Of a stretch of DNA of 64,000 nt, positions 1 to 10,943 are shown in pieces (the first letter of the stretch is position 1; every line of letters starts with the position of its first letter). The notes under the pieces are model-generated. The model worked only from the letters and a program-made list of their open reading frames with translations, made no database searches and was not told where the DNA came from. Origin of the DNA: Gemmatimonadota bacterium (GTDB taxonomy: Bacteria > Gemmatimonadota > Gemmatimonadetes > Gemmatimonadales > GWC2-71-9); NCBI GenBank assembly GCA_003220795.1, contig QHTK01000050.1, positions 670 through 64,669 of the forward strand. The letters are read 5' to 3'. The translations under genes and the position numbers were made by a program.

Positions 1-1127
1 ACCAGAATCGGACTCACGACGTCCAGCACGTCGGGGCCGGTGCCCGCCGCGCGCGCCCGGTCCAGCGCCGCCCGCTGCTCGAAGACGCGGACGGCTTTGA
101 GCGCCAGGTTCGCGAAGTTGACCATGCTCCGCTCCATCGCCCGTGTGGGGTCGTCCCGGTACGTGAACTGGTCCTGGCTGTAGTAGCCGCCGTACTCGCG
201 CACGAACGTGGTGAACAGGTACTCCACCGATTCGGGAATCGACAGCGTCCCGAACATGCAATCCTGGTCGTTGCGACCCTGGCGCGCGTCGTTGATGTCG
301 AACTTGTGAACCGGGACGCCCGCGTACGCCGCCAGGTCGCACGCCGTGGAGGCGGTCGTGCCCTCCATCTTCTGGTGGCCGTAGTCGATCGTGAGGCCGC
401 AGTTCGTGCCGCCGCAGAGCTGATTCACCCGCTGGGCTACGAGGATCGCCGACGCGGCCGTGGGAATGATCATGTACAGCTCCCGCGGCTCGTAGGGCTT
501 GGGCTCGATGGCGAGCTTGATCCCCGCCTTGAGGCATTCCCGGTTGGCCGTCACGAGCGCCTCGGTGAACCATTCGAGCCCCTGCTGGTAGTCGATCTGA
601 AAGTGGTAGTCGGCGCCGTCGGAGCCCGGCCACACGCTGACGATGGGGAGCTTCAAGGCCTGCGCGATCTCGACCGCCTTCAGGATCTCGTCGGTGGCGG
701 CGCGGCGCAACGCGGGGTTCGGGTTGCACGGTCCTCCCAGCCGAAAGCGCGGATTCGTCCAGGTGTTGACGTTGCACGCCGTAATCCGCATGCCCAGGTC
801 GCGCAGGTAGCCGTCGCGCGCGCGCTCCAGCGCCGGCCAATCGATGTCGCCGTTCAGCGTCTTCTCGAACACGCTCTGGTGGATCTCGATCGCGTCGATG
901 CCGGCGGCGTGTGTGCGCTTGCACTGCGCTTCGAAGTCGCCCTTGAAGCTCGTATCGTCGGAGTGGTAGCCGGGCGGCGCAAAGCGGTCGCAAAAGTCGC
1001 CCGCCGACCAGTGCCCCACGCTCATCTTGATGTCCATCCGCTTCAGGAATGCGATGGCCTCGGCCCGGCCGAGGTAGCGACTCTGTGAACGGGCGAACGC
1101 GAGCTGCTCGGCGTTGAAGCGTGTCAT
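1..1127 (-). CDS. xylose isomerase-like TIM-barrel protein (sugar isomerase/epimerase superfamily); 3' end cut by window edge
   Basis: This gene is absent from the ORF track because its stop lies outside the window. My hand translation of the minus strand from ATG 1127 gave an uninterrupted frame: MTRFNAEQLAFARSQ...AGIDAIEIHQ...KLAIEPKPYEPRE...TIDYGHQKMEG...FDINDARQGRNDQD. The IEPKPxEP block is typical of the xylose-isomerase fold. Confidence 0.6.
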   Translation of the reverse strand, partial: MTRFNAEQLAFARSQSRYLGRAEAIAFLKRMDIKMSVGHWSAGDFCDRFAPPGYHSDDTSFKGDFEAQCKRTHAAGIDAIEIHQSVFEKTLNGDIDWPALERARDGYLRDLGMRITACNVNTWTNPRFRLGGPCNPNPALRRAATDEILKAVEIAQALKLPIVSVWPGSDGADYHFQIDYQQGLEWFTEALVTANRECLKAGIKLAIEPKPYEPRELYMIIPTAASAILVAQRVNQLCGGTNCGLTIDYGHQKMEGTTASTACDLAAYAGVPVHKFDINDARQGRNDQDCMFGTLSIPESVEYLFTTFVREYGGYYSQDQFTYRDDPTRAMERSMVNFANLALKAVRVFEQRAALDRARAAGTGPDVLDVVSPIL

Positions 1128-1176
1128 GAGGAGTACCTGATGTTTGCCGGGAGATTGGACCGCGCTGCGGCCGGTG

Positions 1177-3180
1177 TCAAGCAAGATCCGCCAGGCCGCG
1201 GTACAGCTCGAGCGCCTGCGGATTGGCGAGCGCCTCGCGATTCTCGACCGGCAGCCCGTGGACGACCGCGCGCACGGCGAGCTCGCTGATCTTCCCGCTG
1301 ATGGTGCGCGGGATGTCGGCGACCTGCACGATCCGGCGCGGCACGTGGTGCGGGCTGGCGTTCTCGCGGATGCAGCGCCGGATGCGCTCCCGCAACGCCT
1401 CGTCCAGGGCGAGACCGTCGCGCAGGCGGACGAACAGGACGATCCGCTCGTCCGCGCCCGCGGGGGAGCCGATGCGCTGCCCGATCGCCAGGCTCTCGAG
1501 CACCTCCGGCAGCTCGTCCACCTGGCGGTAAATCTCGGCCGTACCGATACGGACGCCGCCGGGGTTGAGCGTCGCGTCGCTGCGCCCGTGAATGATCAGC
1601 CCGCCGTGCTCGGTGACTTGGGCCCAGTCGCCGTGCCGCCACGCTCCGGGGTAGCGCTCGAAATACGCGGCGCGGTATTTCGCCCCGTCGGCATCGTTCC
1701 AGAACGCCATCGGCATGCTGGGAAACGGCTTCGTGCAGACCAGCTCGCCGGCCGTGCCCACGAGGGGCGCACCGCGCGGGTCGAACACCTGCACGGCCAT
1801 GCCGAGGCCGGGCGCCTGCAGCTCGTCGCGCCACACCGGCTCAGTCGGGTTGCCGATCGCGAAGCAGGAGATGATCTCCGTGCCGCCACTGATGTTGCAC
1901 AGGTGCACATCCCGCTTGATCCTACCGTACACGTAGTCGTAGCTGTGGCCGGCAAGCGGGCTGCCGGTGGACAGGATGGTCCGGAGCGCGGACAGGTCGT
2001 GGGTCTCTGCCGGCACCAGCCCTTCCTTCTCGGCAAGCGCCAGGTACTTCGCGCTCGTGCCGAAGACGCTGACGTGCTCCTCTCCCAGCAGACTCCACAG
2101 GGCATCCGGGCGCGGGGCGAAGGGCGCACCGTCGTACAGCACCACCGTAGCATGCACGGCCAGGGCGCTCACGAGCCAGTTCCACATCATCCACCCGCAC
2201 GTGGTGATGTAGCAGAGCCGGTCCTCCTGCTTCAGATCGACGTGCAACACGTGCTCCTTTTGGTGCTGCAGCAGCGTGCCCCCGGCGCCGTGCACCATGC
2301 ACTTCGGGAGTCCCGTCGTGCCCGACGAATAGAGGATGTAGACCGGATGGTTGAACGGGAACCGCTCGAATTCGAGCGTAGCCTCCCGCGCCGGCGGCCC
2401 CAGCCACTCGTCCCACAGCACAGCGCCCCGGATCTTGTGGATCGGGGGCCGCTCCGCGAGGTACGGAATGACCACCACCTGCTCGATCGCCGGGATCCGC
2501 CCGGCGATGTCGGCGACGCGCCCGAGGCAGTCGATCTCCTTTCCGCCGTAGCGACACCCGTCGGCACAGAACAGGATGCGTGGCGCGATCTGGCCGAAGC
2601 GGTCCACGACGCCCGCCACGCCGAAGTCGGGCGAGCAGGACGACCAGACGGCGCCGAGGCTCGTGGCCGCGAGCATCGCGATCACCGTCTCGGGGATGTT
2701 CGGCATGAACCCCGCCACGCGATCTCCCGGCCGGAGGCCTGCCGCGCGCAGCGCCGCCGCGACCCGAGCCGTCGCGGCGTGGAGCGCGCGGTAACTCAGC
2801 TCGCGCCGCGTCCCGGACTCATTCCATGCCACGAGCGCCGGGTGTGCGTCGCGCCGCCGCAGCAGGTTTTCGGCGAAGTTCAGGCGCGCGCCCGGGAACC
2901 AGCTTGGCCCCCGCACTGGGTCGGGCGGGGCCATGCGGTCCAGCCCCACTCCAACCTCGTCCCACGGCTCGGCTCCTCCGTCCCGCTCTGCCGCAATCAC
3001 GCCGCAGAAGCGCCACACGGCAGGCCAGAACCGCTCCGGCGATGTGATCGACCAGCGGTACAACGAGGGATAGTCGGCGACGTCCGCCCCATACTCCCGA
3101 CGCACTGTTGCGATGAAGGCGGTCAGGTTTGCGCGGGCCACCCGGTCGGGCGACGGCGTCCAGAGGGGGGGGTGGTCCAA
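1177..3180 (-). CDS. aacS: acetoacetyl-CoA synthetase (acetoacetate-CoA ligase)
   Basis: 667-aa ORF with the AMP-binding core [10 protein letters not shown]. The N-terminus ([17 protein letters not shown]...YRWSI) and overall length are typical of the acetoacetate-CoA ligase family. Confidence 0.85.
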   Translation of the reverse strand: MDHPPLWTPSPDRVARANLTAFIATVRREYGADVADYPSLYRWSITSPERFWPAVWRFCGVIAAERDGGAEPWDEVGVGLDRMAPPDPVRGPSWFPGARLNFAENLLRRRDAHPALVAWNESGTRRELSYRALHAATARVAAALRAAGLRPGDRVAGFMPNIPETVIAMLAATSLGAVWSSCSPDFGVAGVVDRFGQIAPRILFCADGCRYGGKEIDCLGRVADIAGRIPAIEQVVVIPYLAERPPIHKIRGAVLWDEWLGPPAREATLEFERFPFNHPVYILYSSGTTGLPKCMVHGAGGTLLQHQKEHVLHVDLKQEDRLCYITTCGWMMWNWLVSALAVHATVVLYDGAPFAPRPDALWSLLGEEHVSVFGTSAKYLALAEKEGLVPAETHDLSALRTILSTGSPLAGHSYDYVYGRIKRDVHLCNISGGTEIISCFAIGNPTEPVWRDELQAPGLGMAVQVFDPRGAPLVGTAGELVCTKPFPSMPMAFWNDADGAKYRAAYFERYPGAWRHGDWAQVTEHGGLIIHGRSDATLNPGGVRIGTAEIYRQVDELPEVLESLAIGQRIGSPAGADERIVLFVRLRDGLALDEALRERIRRCIRENASPHHVPRRIVQVADIPRTISGKISELAVRAVVHGLPVENREALANPQALELYRGLADLA

Positions 3181-3182
3181 TC

Positions 3183-4856
3183 CTACTTCGTCACGTTAGG
3201 TGACGCCGTCACGTTGCGGGTGATGACATAGTAGTTCGCGTCTGCCTTGAAATCGGCCGGCGTCCCGAGCCGTAGCGGCACGGTCTGCCACTCCCCCGTC
3301 GGGTGTACCACGCTGAAGGTATCCGGCGACAGGCTGACTTTGAGCGACATGTCGAACCCGGGGACGACGTCCGTCCAGCGATACGACAACACCCCTCCCT
3401 CGATGCGGTATTCCAGCACAGGCACCTGGGTGGTGCGCAGGTACTGATCGAAGACCTTGGTCAGATCGGTTCCCGCGTGCGCGCTGATGTAATCTTCCAC
3501 CTGTTTGCCCATCACCGTCTGGTGCCAGAACGTCCGATTGAGCCCGCGCAGGATCGCCCGCCACTTGTCGTCGTCGTCGACAATCTGCCGGATGGTGTGC
3601 AGCATGTTCCCGCCCTTGGGGTACATGTCGCCGGAGCCCTGATCGTTCACGCCGTACGCCGGGATGATCGGCCGGTCGTTACGGATGCTGCGACGGGTGC
3701 CGATCGTGTAGTCGGCGCCGGCCTGCTTTCCGAAGAGGCACTCGGTGTACAGCCCCTCGGCGTAGTTGGCGAAGCTCTCGTGCACCCACATGTCGGCGAG
3801 GTCCTTCGTGGTGATGTTGTTGCCGAACCACTCGTGAGCGCTTTCGTGCACGATGATGAAGTCCCACTTCAAGCCGAGGCCGGTGCCCGAGCCGTCGCGC
3901 CCGCGGTAGCCGTTCGCGTACCAGTTGCCGTAGGCGACGGCGCTCTGGTGCTCCATCCCGGGGTGCGGCACTTCGACCAGTTTGTACCCGTCCTCGTACC
4001 ACGGATACGGACCGAACCAGTGCTCGAAACACCGGAGCATCGTGGTGGCCTGGACGAACTGCCGCTTCGCGGCGTCGAGGTGATAGCGGAGGGGCCAGAA
4101 GTCGAGCGTGAGTGGTCCGTCCTCTCCCTGGAACAGGTCACCGTAGTGCTCGTAGCTCCCCGCGCCGACGGCGATGGCGTAGTTGTTGATCGGGTTGACC
4201 ACGAACCACTCGTAGGTCGTCGTGCCGTCCGCGTGGTGCGTGACGCGGCGCAGCCGCCCGTTGGAGACGTCGATCAACGGATCGGGCACGGTGAGCGCCA
4301 CGCGCTGGCTGTCGGGCTCGTCCGCCTGCGTGTCCTTGTTGGGCCACCACACGCTCGCACCCATGCCCTGATCGGTCGTGACGATCCACGGGCGGCCCAG
4401 GCTGTCCGTGGTCCAGGTGAAGCCGCCCTGCCAGGGAGGCCGCTCTGCCACCCGCGGCTTGCCGTGGTAATAGACCGTGATCGTGCGACGGTCGCCCGCC
4501 CGCTGGCGGGTAGGCAGGTTCGCGAAATAGGCGTTTCCTTCCCGGCGGAACATCACCGCCCGCCCGTCTTGCTCCATACTGTCGACCTCGAGCGGCGCCA
4601 TCAGGTCGACCTGCAGTTCGCGGCCCGGCGTGAGAACCCGGTAGGCGATGCCGTCGTATCCGCGGATACTGCTGTCCGCGGGATGAACGGCCACGTGGAG
4701 GTCGTAGAACACGACGTCCCACCACGCGCGTCCCGGCGTCGTGAACGAGCCCCGCAGCGTATCGGCGCGGGTGAAGAGTCGGCCGGCCTGGGCCGCGACG
4801 GTAGTGACCTGGGCGAGGGTGAGCGTAGCGCCGAGGAGCGCTCTCAGCAGCGCCAT
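3183..4856 (-). CDS. secreted M1-family zinc aminopeptidase
   Basis: [10 protein letters not shown]...x18...E (HExxH-x18-E gluzincin signature). I moved the start to ATG 4856, which exposes a signal peptide [24 protein letters not shown]. The track ORF 3183..4970 carries a spurious Arg-rich extension. Confidence 0.8.
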   Translation of the reverse strand: MALLRALLGATLTLAQVTTVAAQAGRLFTRADTLRGSFTTPGRAWWDVVFYDLHVAVHPADSSIRGYDGIAYRVLTPGRELQVDLMAPLEVDSMEQDGRAVMFRREGNAYFANLPTRQRAGDRRTITVYYHGKPRVAERPPWQGGFTWTTDSLGRPWIVTTDQGMGASVWWPNKDTQADEPDSQRVALTVPDPLIDVSNGRLRRVTHHADGTTTYEWFVVNPINNYAIAVGAGSYEHYGDLFQGEDGPLTLDFWPLRYHLDAAKRQFVQATTMLRCFEHWFGPYPWYEDGYKLVEVPHPGMEHQSAVAYGNWYANGYRGRDGSGTGLGLKWDFIIVHESAHEWFGNNITTKDLADMWVHESFANYAEGLYTECLFGKQAGADYTIGTRRSIRNDRPIIPAYGVNDQGSGDMYPKGGNMLHTIRQIVDDDDKWRAILRGLNRTFWHQTVMGKQVEDYISAHAGTDLTKVFDQYLRTTQVPVLEYRIEGGVLSYRWTDVVPGFDMSLKVSLSPDTFSVVHPTGEWQTVPLRLGTPADFKADANYYVITRNVTASPNVTK

Positions 4857-5470
4857 TCGGCCTTGACGCGAGCGCGGCGCCGCCAAATCCAGCTCACCAG
4901 CGCCGCGAGCGCGATCGCTCCGGCGACGACCGTGCTGGTGCGGCCGATCCAGTGCTCCGCCATCTGCCAACTGGCACCGAGGAAATAGCCGAGCAGGACG
5001 AAGGTGACGGTCCAGAGGACGGCGCCCAGCGCGTTGTAGACGAGGAAAATCCGATAGGGCATGCGGGAGGCGCCGGCCACGAAGGGCACCAGCGCACGTG
5101 CAAACCCGATGAACCGGCCCACCAGGACCGCCTTCCCGCCTTGGCCGGCAAAGAAGGCGTCCGCGCGGACGAGGTGCTCCTCCCGCAACCCGAGGCGGGA
5201 CCCGAAGCGGAGCAGCCAGGCACGCCCCAGCCGGTTGCCGAGCTGGTAACCGATGTTGTCGCCCAGCGTGGCGCCGACCGCCGCGGCGGCGATCACGGCG
5301 TCAAGATCGAGCACACCCTGATGCGCGAAGAATCCGGACGCGAGCACCAGACTTTCGCCCGGGACCAGGAGACCCGCGAATGCGGCGGACTCGAGGGCCG
5401 CCGCGACGAAAATGATGACGTAGCTCCAGTGGCCGAGCCGGGCGACCAGTTCTAGGAGATACGGCAGCAC
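4844..5470 (-). CDS. DedA/SNARE-associated family membrane protein
   Basis: 208 aa and multi-TM. The N-terminal block WSYVIIFVAAALESAAFAGLLVPGE and the GRFIGFARALVPFVAG block are typical of DedA. Confidence 0.8.
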   Translation of the reverse strand: MLPYLLELVARLGHWSYVIIFVAAALESAAFAGLLVPGESLVLASGFFAHQGVLDLDAVIAAAAVGATLGDNIGYQLGNRLGRAWLLRFGSRLGLREEHLVRADAFFAGQGGKAVLVGRFIGFARALVPFVAGASRMPYRIFLVYNALGAVLWTVTFVLLGYFLGASWQMAEHWIGRTSTVVAGAIALAALVSWIWRRRARVKAEWRC

Positions 5471-5482
5471 GCGACGCGCGCC

Positions 5483-5896
5483 TCACTCCCCCCCACGTGC
5501 GACCCGCAGCTCGATCCAGTCCACCTGTCGGGCTTGCACGGCGTCGCGGACCTGCCGCTCCCGGACGTTCAGCGTCGCTCCTCCCGTCTTGACTTCGATG
5601 AACACGACGCGACGCAGCTGGCCTTCGTCCAACCCGTCAAACACGACGAGGTCGACCGGCGTGCCGAGAAAGCGTGCGTCCTTCGGGTTGAATTGGAACT
5701 CGGGCAGGTACGGGATCAGCTGCTCGTGCACCTTGCCGACGGTCACGGCGTGGCTGCGTTGAATGGCATCCTGCCGGATGGCGTCCGTGTACCGGGCTCG
5801 CCATCGCTGGAAATAGACGAGCGCCAGTAGCAACCCGATCCCGATCCCGAGGACCAGCGCGAGCAGGGCCGCCAGCACGTTCCAGGTGACGCTCAC
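5483..5896 (-). CDS. membrane-anchored endonuclease related to archaeal Holliday-junction resolvase (Endonuc_Holl-like)
   Basis: 137 aa with an N-terminal TM helix (VLAALLALVLGIGIGLLLALVYF). This is followed by GKVHEQLIPYLPEF.FNPKDARFLGTPVDLVVFDG...VVFIEVKTGGATL..RE, which resembles that small nuclease family. Confidence 0.5.
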   Translation of the reverse strand: MSVTWNVLAALLALVLGIGIGLLLALVYFQRWRARYTDAIRQDAIQRSHAVTVGKVHEQLIPYLPEFQFNPKDARFLGTPVDLVVFDGLDEGQLRRVVFIEVKTGGATLNVRERQVRDAVQARQVDWIELRVARGGE

Positions 5897-5959
5897 GTCC
5901 CCAATCTACGCCGCTCGTGTGCTACATTGCCACGACGCCGCTCCCCAAAGGAGTGCCAC

Positions 5960-7381
5960 GTGACGGAACAGACCCTTGCCGCAAGCGCCGGGCGGCCTGG
6001 CGACTGGTGGACCGTGGTGCGCGATGCCGTCCGCGGCATCCCGCACGACTACACGTCGGGGTCGCTGGGCCGGGGAATCGTGCTGCTGGCCATCCCGATG
6101 GTGCTGGAAATGGGGATGGAGTCGATCTTCGCCGTGGTCGATGTATTCTGGGTCTCGCGTCTCGGTCCCGACGCGGTCGCTACGGTCGGCCTCACGGAAT
6201 CGATTCTGACCCTGGTGTACACCGCCGCCATGGGACTCTCGATCGGAGTCGCGGCGGTCGTGGCGCGCCGCATCGGCGAGCGGCGTCCCGACGCCGCCTC
6301 CGAAGCCGCCGTGCAGGGGATCGCCCTTGGGCTCGTGGTCGCCGCGCTCGTTGCAAGCCTGGGGATCACGCTCGCCCCGCGGTTGCTCGCCGTCATGGGG
6401 GCCTCGCCCGCCGTGACCGCCATCGGTACGGGATACACCCGGACGATGCTGGGCGGCAGCGCGACGGTGCTGCTGCTCTTCCTCATCAACGCGATCTTCC
6501 GGGGAGCAGGCGACGCCGCGATCGCCATGCGGGTCCTGTGGCTCGCCAACTCGATCAACATCCTCCTCGGTCCGTGTCTGATCTTCGGGCTCGGGCCCTT
6601 TCCCCGGCTGGGGGTCACGGGGGCGGCCGTGGCCACCACGATCGGCCGCGGCACGGGCGTGCTGTACCAGCTCTATCGCCTGACGCGGGGCGACGCGCGC
6701 GTGGCCGTCCGGCGCGCCCACCTGGCCCTCCGCCCCGCCGTGATGGCCATGTTGCTGCGGCTCTCGGGTTCGGGGACGTTCCAGGTGCTCGTGGGGACCG
6801 CGAGCTATATCGGGCTGGTGCGGATCATGTCCAGCTTCGGCAGCGCCGCCCTCGCGGGCTACACCATCGCGATCCGGATCCTGATCTTCGCGCTGCTCCC
6901 GTCGTGGGGCCTGTCGAATGCCGCCGCCACCATGGTGGGCCAGTCCCTGGGCGCCGGCAAGCCGGAGCGCGCCGAGCGGGCTGCGTGGCTCGCCGGAGGC
7001 TATAACATGGCGGTGCTCGGCACCGTGGGCGTGCTGTTCATCCTGCTCGCCGGCCCGATCGTGGGATTGTTCACCCAGGACCCGGTGGCATGGCCGGCCG
7101 GCGCCCTGGGCCTCCGCACCATGAGCTTCGGCTTCGTGTTCTACGCGCTCGGCATGGTGCTCACCCAGGCGTTCAACGGTGCGGGTGACACCTGGACGCC
7201 GACGTTCATCAACCTGGGCTGCTTCTGGCTGTGGGAGATTCCGCTCGCCTATGTCCTCGCCCGGGTGTGGGGGCTCGGGCCCCAAGGCGTGTTCCTCGCC
7301 ATCACCGTGGCCTACTCGACGCTGGCGCTCGTGAGCGTCGTGCTGTTCAAGCGCGGGCGCTGGAAGCTGCGCCGAGTCTAG
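5960..7381 (+). CDS. MATE family efflux transporter
   Basis: 12-TM pattern with LLAIPMVLEMGMESIFAVVDVFWVSRLG at the N-terminus. I set the start to GTG 5960 because AAGGAG lies 7 nt upstream. The track start at 5927 is a TTG with no SD. Confidence 0.85.
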   Translation: MTEQTLAASAGRPGDWWTVVRDAVRGIPHDYTSGSLGRGIVLLAIPMVLEMGMESIFAVVDVFWVSRLGPDAVATVGLTESILTLVYTAAMGLSIGVAAVVARRIGERRPDAASEAAVQGIALGLVVAALVASLGITLAPRLLAVMGASPAVTAIGTGYTRTMLGGSATVLLLFLINAIFRGAGDAAIAMRVLWLANSINILLGPCLIFGLGPFPRLGVTGAAVATTIGRGTGVLYQLYRLTRGDARVAVRRAHLALRPAVMAMLLRLSGSGTFQVLVGTASYIGLVRIMSSFGSAALAGYTIAIRILIFALLPSWGLSNAAATMVGQSLGAGKPERAERAAWLAGGYNMAVLGTVGVLFILLAGPIVGLFTQDPVAWPAGALGLRTMSFGFVFYALGMVLTQAFNGAGDTWTPTFINLGCFWLWEIPLAYVLARVWGLGPQGVFLAITVAYSTLALVSVVLFKRGRWKLRRV

Positions 7382-7383
7382 CG

Positions 7384-10149
7384 ATGACGACGACTCACCT
7401 GACCGCGGCCGTTCCCCTCCCACCCCCCGTGGCGCGGGCGCAGGACGGCCCGCTGCGTCAGGACGTGCGCTGGCTCGCGGCGACGCTGGGACGGGTGGTC
7501 GGCCGGCTGGCGGGGGAAGAAACATTCCGCGCGGTCGAGGAGCTGCGACGGGCCTGTCGGGCCCGCCGGCTCGGCGTCGCCGGGGCACCCGATTTGGACG
7601 CGCTGCTCGCCCGCACCCGCTCGCTCGACCCCGAGACCGCGCGGCTCACGGCCCGGGCCTTCACGGTGTTCTTCATCCTGATCAACGCGGCGGAGCAAGC
7701 CCACCGGGTGCGGCGGTCGCGGCAGGACGACCTCGCGGCGGCACAGCGCGGATCGGTGCGCTGGTCGCTGCGCCGCCTGCGCGAAGCCGGCCGCGGAGCC
7801 GAAGAGGTGGCCCGCGCCCTGGCGTCGCTCGATGTACGCCCGGTCCTCACCGCGCATCCCACGGAGTCCGCGCGCCGCACCATCCTCGATCTGCAGGCGC
7901 GCCTGGCGGAGGGGTTACTCACGCGGGACGGCGCACCGGAGCCCCAGCGTCGGGCGATCGAGCGGCACCTGGAGGGCGAGGTGGAGCTCTTGTGGCTCAC
8001 CGAGGAAATTCGGCGCGACCGCCCGTCGGTCATGGACGAGGTGTCGAACGCGCTGTGGTATCTGGAGGATCGCCTCCTGGAAGCGGCGTCGCGGGTGCGC
8101 GAGCGGCTCGTGGAAGCGTTCGAGGACGAGTTCGGCCGCGGGTTCGGCCCCGCTCCGGTGACGCCGCTCACCCTGGGGAGCTGGGTCGGGGGCGATCGCG
8201 ACGGGAACCCGTTCGTCACCGCGGAGATCACGCTGGCCGCGGCCCGGCGCGCCCGGCGGGCGGTGCTCGACCACTACGCGAAAGCGCTGGCGGACCTGGC
8301 GGCGCGGCTCTCCGTGTCCGAGCGGCTCGCGACCGTCTCGCCCGAGTTGCGGGCGTCGCTCGAGCGTGACCGCGCCGAGCTTCCCGCGGTGTGGGAGCAG
8401 AACCGCCGCCGCAACGCGGATGAGCCGCTCCGCCTGAAAGTCAGCTTCATGCGGGCGCGCGTCGGGGCCGATCCGCCCGGCTACCGCACGGCGCAGGAGC
8501 TGGAACGCGACCTCGCCCTGCTCGCCGATGCCCTCGACACCGTCGGAGCGGCGCATGCGCGGCGCACGCTGGTGGAGCCCCTCCTGGCACAGGTGCGGGC
8601 CCACGGGTTTCACGGGTATCGCCTCGATCTCCGGGAGGACGCCGCCGTCCACACGCGCGCCCTCCACGATCTCACCGCGGCCGTCGGGCTGGGCGAGCTG
8701 GACGGTGCGGCGCTGCGCCGCGAGCTCGCCGGCCGCAGGCCGTTGCACGCGCCCCACGTCCCGCTCGCGGAGCCGACCGACGCAGCGCTGCAGGTCTTTC
8801 GCGTCATGCGGGCGATCCAGGACGAGATCGGAGCGGCCGCGGCCTCGACGTACATCGTGTCGCGCACCCGGTCCGCCGATGACCTGCTGCGTGTGCTGCT
8901 GCTGGCCCGCGAGGGGGGGCTGGTGGACCTGGCGGGGGAGCCCCCGCTCTCGCGCATCGACATCGTGCCGCTGTTCGAAACCCTCGAGGACCTCGAGCAC
9001 GCCCCCGCCGTCGTGCGCTCGCTCCTGGACGATCCGATCTGGCGACGGCAGCTCGAGGCGCGCGGGCGGCATCAGGAAGTGATGCTCGGCTACTCCGATT
9101 CCGCCAAGGACGCGGGGCTGCTCCCGTCGGCATGGGCGCTGTACCGCGTACAGGAGGAGGTAGCGCGCACCTGCGCCGACGCCGGCGTGTCGTGGACCCT
9201 GTTCCACGGGCGCGGCGGCACGGTCGGACGGGGCGGCGGCTCGCCCGTGGCGCGCGCCCTCACCGCGCTGCCTCCGGGCACGGTACAGGGCGGCATCAAG
9301 ATCACTGAGCAGGGCGAGATCGTCTCGCAGAACTTCGGGCTCCCATCCATCGCGGAGCGGAGCCTCGAGCTGATGTTGAGCGGGGTGTTGCTGCACCGGT
9401 TCGAGGACTGGCGCAGCGAGCTCGAGCCGGGCGAGGAAGCGCGCTTCCGGGAGGTCATGGACCGCCTGGCGGCGAAGGCGTTACCGCCGTATCGGGCGTT
9501 GGTGTACGGCAGCGGCGATCTGTTCAAACTGTTCCTCGAGACCACTCCCGTGCGGGAGCTCGCCCATGTCCGGTTCGGATCGCGCCCGGCCTACCGGGGC
9601 CCGGGCGAGCAGACGATCGAGGAGATCCGGGCGATTCCCTGGGTGTTCGGCTGGACCCAGACGCGACTCATGCTCCCGGGATGGCTAGGGGTGGGGACGG
9701 CGCTCGAAGCCGTCGCCGCCGAGCCTGGTGGACTCGGGGTGCTGCGCCGCATGGCCACGGCCTGGCCGTTCTTCGACGACCTGCTCGGCAAGTTGGAGAT
9801 GGTGTGCGCCAAGGCCGATATGGCGATCGCGCGGATGTACGTGCGGGAGCTGGGCGGCGACCTCGCGCTGTTCGATCGGCTCGACGACGAGTTCCGGCGC
9901 ACGGTCGCCGCGCTGCTGCGCATCCGGGAGAGCGAGTACCTGATGCGAGACAATCCGATGCTGCAGACGGCGATCGGCCTGCGCAATCCGTACGTGGACC
10001 CGCTCTCGCTGCTCCAGGTCACACTGTTGCAGCGTTCCCACGCGGCCGCGCCCGAGGCCTCCGGCGGCGACCCGGCCATGACGGCCCTGAGCGCCGGTCT
10101 CGCTTCGACCCTCAACGGCATCGCTCAGGGCCTGCGCAATACGGGGTAG
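7384..10149 (+). CDS. ppc: phosphoenolpyruvate carboxylase
   Basis: VLTAHPTE active-site block, GYSDSAKDAG, and the canonical C-terminus GLRNTG. Start set to ATG 7384; the track ORF begins at 7231 inside the MATE gene. Confidence 0.95.
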   Translation: MTTTHLTAAVPLPPPVARAQDGPLRQDVRWLAATLGRVVGRLAGEETFRAVEELRRACRARRLGVAGAPDLDALLARTRSLDPETARLTARAFTVFFILINAAEQAHRVRRSRQDDLAAAQRGSVRWSLRRLREAGRGAEEVARALASLDVRPVLTAHPTESARRTILDLQARLAEGLLTRDGAPEPQRRAIERHLEGEVELLWLTEEIRRDRPSVMDEVSNALWYLEDRLLEAASRVRERLVEAFEDEFGRGFGPAPVTPLTLGSWVGGDRDGNPFVTAEITLAAARRARRAVLDHYAKALADLAARLSVSERLATVSPELRASLERDRAELPAVWEQNRRRNADEPLRLKVSFMRARVGADPPGYRTAQELERDLALLADALDTVGAAHARRTLVEPLLAQVRAHGFHGYRLDLREDAAVHTRALHDLTAAVGLGELDGAALRRELAGRRPLHAPHVPLAEPTDAALQVFRVMRAIQDEIGAAAASTYIVSRTRSADDLLRVLLLAREGGLVDLAGEPPLSRIDIVPLFETLEDLEHAPAVVRSLLDDPIWRRQLEARGRHQEVMLGYSDSAKDAGLLPSAWALYRVQEEVARTCADAGVSWTLFHGRGGTVGRGGGSPVARALTALPPGTVQGGIKITEQGEIVSQNFGLPSIAERSLELMLSGVLLHRFEDWRSELEPGEEARFREVMDRLAAKALPPYRALVYGSGDLFKLFLETTPVRELAHVRFGSRPAYRGPGEQTIEEIRAIPWVFGWTQTRLMLPGWLGVGTALEAVAAEPGGLGVLRRMATAWPFFDDLLGKLEMVCAKADMAIARMYVRELGGDLALFDRLDDEFRRTVAALLRIRESEYLMRDNPMLQTAIGLRNPYVDPLSLLQVTLLQRSHAAAPEASGGDPAMTALSAGLASTLNGIAQGLRNTG

Positions 10150-10152
10150 GTG

Positions 10153-10176
10153 CGGTCGGGCGAGACCGGTTATTTT
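10153..10176 (+). terminator. weak intrinsic-terminator-like hairpin after ppc
   Basis: cggtc-gggcga-gaccg stem-loop followed by gttatttt, 4 nt after the ppc stop. Confidence 0.35.
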
Positions 10177-10202
10177 GCGTTCTCTCCGCTCACGGAGCAC
10201 CC

Positions 10203-10901
10203 ATGACGTATAAGCCTCTGATCGCCCTCGCGCTCGCGGCCCTGGGTTGCCGCGCCGGCGAGCGCTCGCGCACCGCGACCGCCCGGCCTGACTCGGCCGC
10301 CGCTCCAGTCTCCGCCGGGACTGCGGACTTTCACAACCCCGCGAGTCCCGGCATGCGAGAGCGCGCCCCGGACACGTTCCGCGCCCGCTTCGAGACCAGC
10401 GCAGGTGACTTCGTGGTCGAGGTACACCGCGACTGGGCGCCGTTCGGCGCCGACCGGTTTTACAACCTGGTGAAGAGCGGCTACTACGATGACGCGCGGT
10501 TCTTCCGGGTGATCACCGGTTTCATGGCGCAGTTCGGAATCCACGGCGATCCGCACGTGGCGGCGGTGTGGCGGGACGCGCGCATCCCGGACGATCCGGT
10601 GCGCCAGCACAACTCGCGCGGCGCGGTGAGCTTCGCAACCGCCGGCCCGGGCACCCGCACCACGCAGCTCTTCATCAATTACGCTGACAACAGCCGGCTC
10701 GACGGAATGGGGTTCTCCCCGTTCGGCCGCGTGGTGCTTGGCATGGACGTCGTGGACCGGCTCTATCCCGGATATGGCGAAGGCGCCCCCGGCGGCCGTG
10801 GACCCAACCAGGGCCGCATCCAAGCCGAAGGGAACGCCTACCTCACGCGCGAGTTCCCCAAGCTCGACCGGATCAAACGCGCGACGATCGTCGCGCCCTG
10901 A
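10203..10901 (+). CDS. cyclophilin-type peptidyl-prolyl cis-trans isomerase, lipoprotein
   Basis: Lipobox-like LAALGC after ATG 10203. Cyclophilin core FFRVITGFMAQFG...TTQLFINY. Only the C-terminal 232 aa of track ORF 9681..10901 are real. Confidence 0.9.
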   Translation: MTYKPLIALALAALGCRAGERSRTATARPDSAAAPVSAGTADFHNPASPGMRERAPDTFRARFETSAGDFVVEVHRDWAPFGADRFYNLVKSGYYDDARFFRVITGFMAQFGIHGDPHVAAVWRDARIPDDPVRQHNSRGAVSFATAGPGTRTTQLFINYADNSRLDGMGFSPFGRVVLGMDVVDRLYPGYGEGAPGGRGPNQGRIQAEGNAYLTREFPKLDRIKRATIVAP

Positions 10902-10943
10902 GCGCGGGCTTGTCATCCCCCTGATCGCAGCGCAGTTTGAGGC

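Noticed and set aside
306-1088. 260-aa plus-strand ORF at the left edge
   Set aside because: It is antisense to the hand-translated xylose-isomerase-like gene (1-1127, minus strand), which has clear family motifs. The plus-strand product is Arg/Val/Ala-rich with no features.
1144-3231. 695-aa plus-strand ORF, with nested ORFs, opposite the acetoacetyl-CoA synthetase gene
   Set aside because: It is Arg/Ala/Gly/Pro/His-rich with low complexity and no motifs. It lies exactly antisense to a gene with clear family signatures. This is a typical stop-poor shadow frame in high-GC DNA.
5906-7588. 560-aa minus-strand ORF rich in R, G, P, H, D and E
   Set aside because: It is antisense to the MATE transporter and the start of ppc. 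It has no TM helices or domains and an implausible composition, so it is a shadow ORF.
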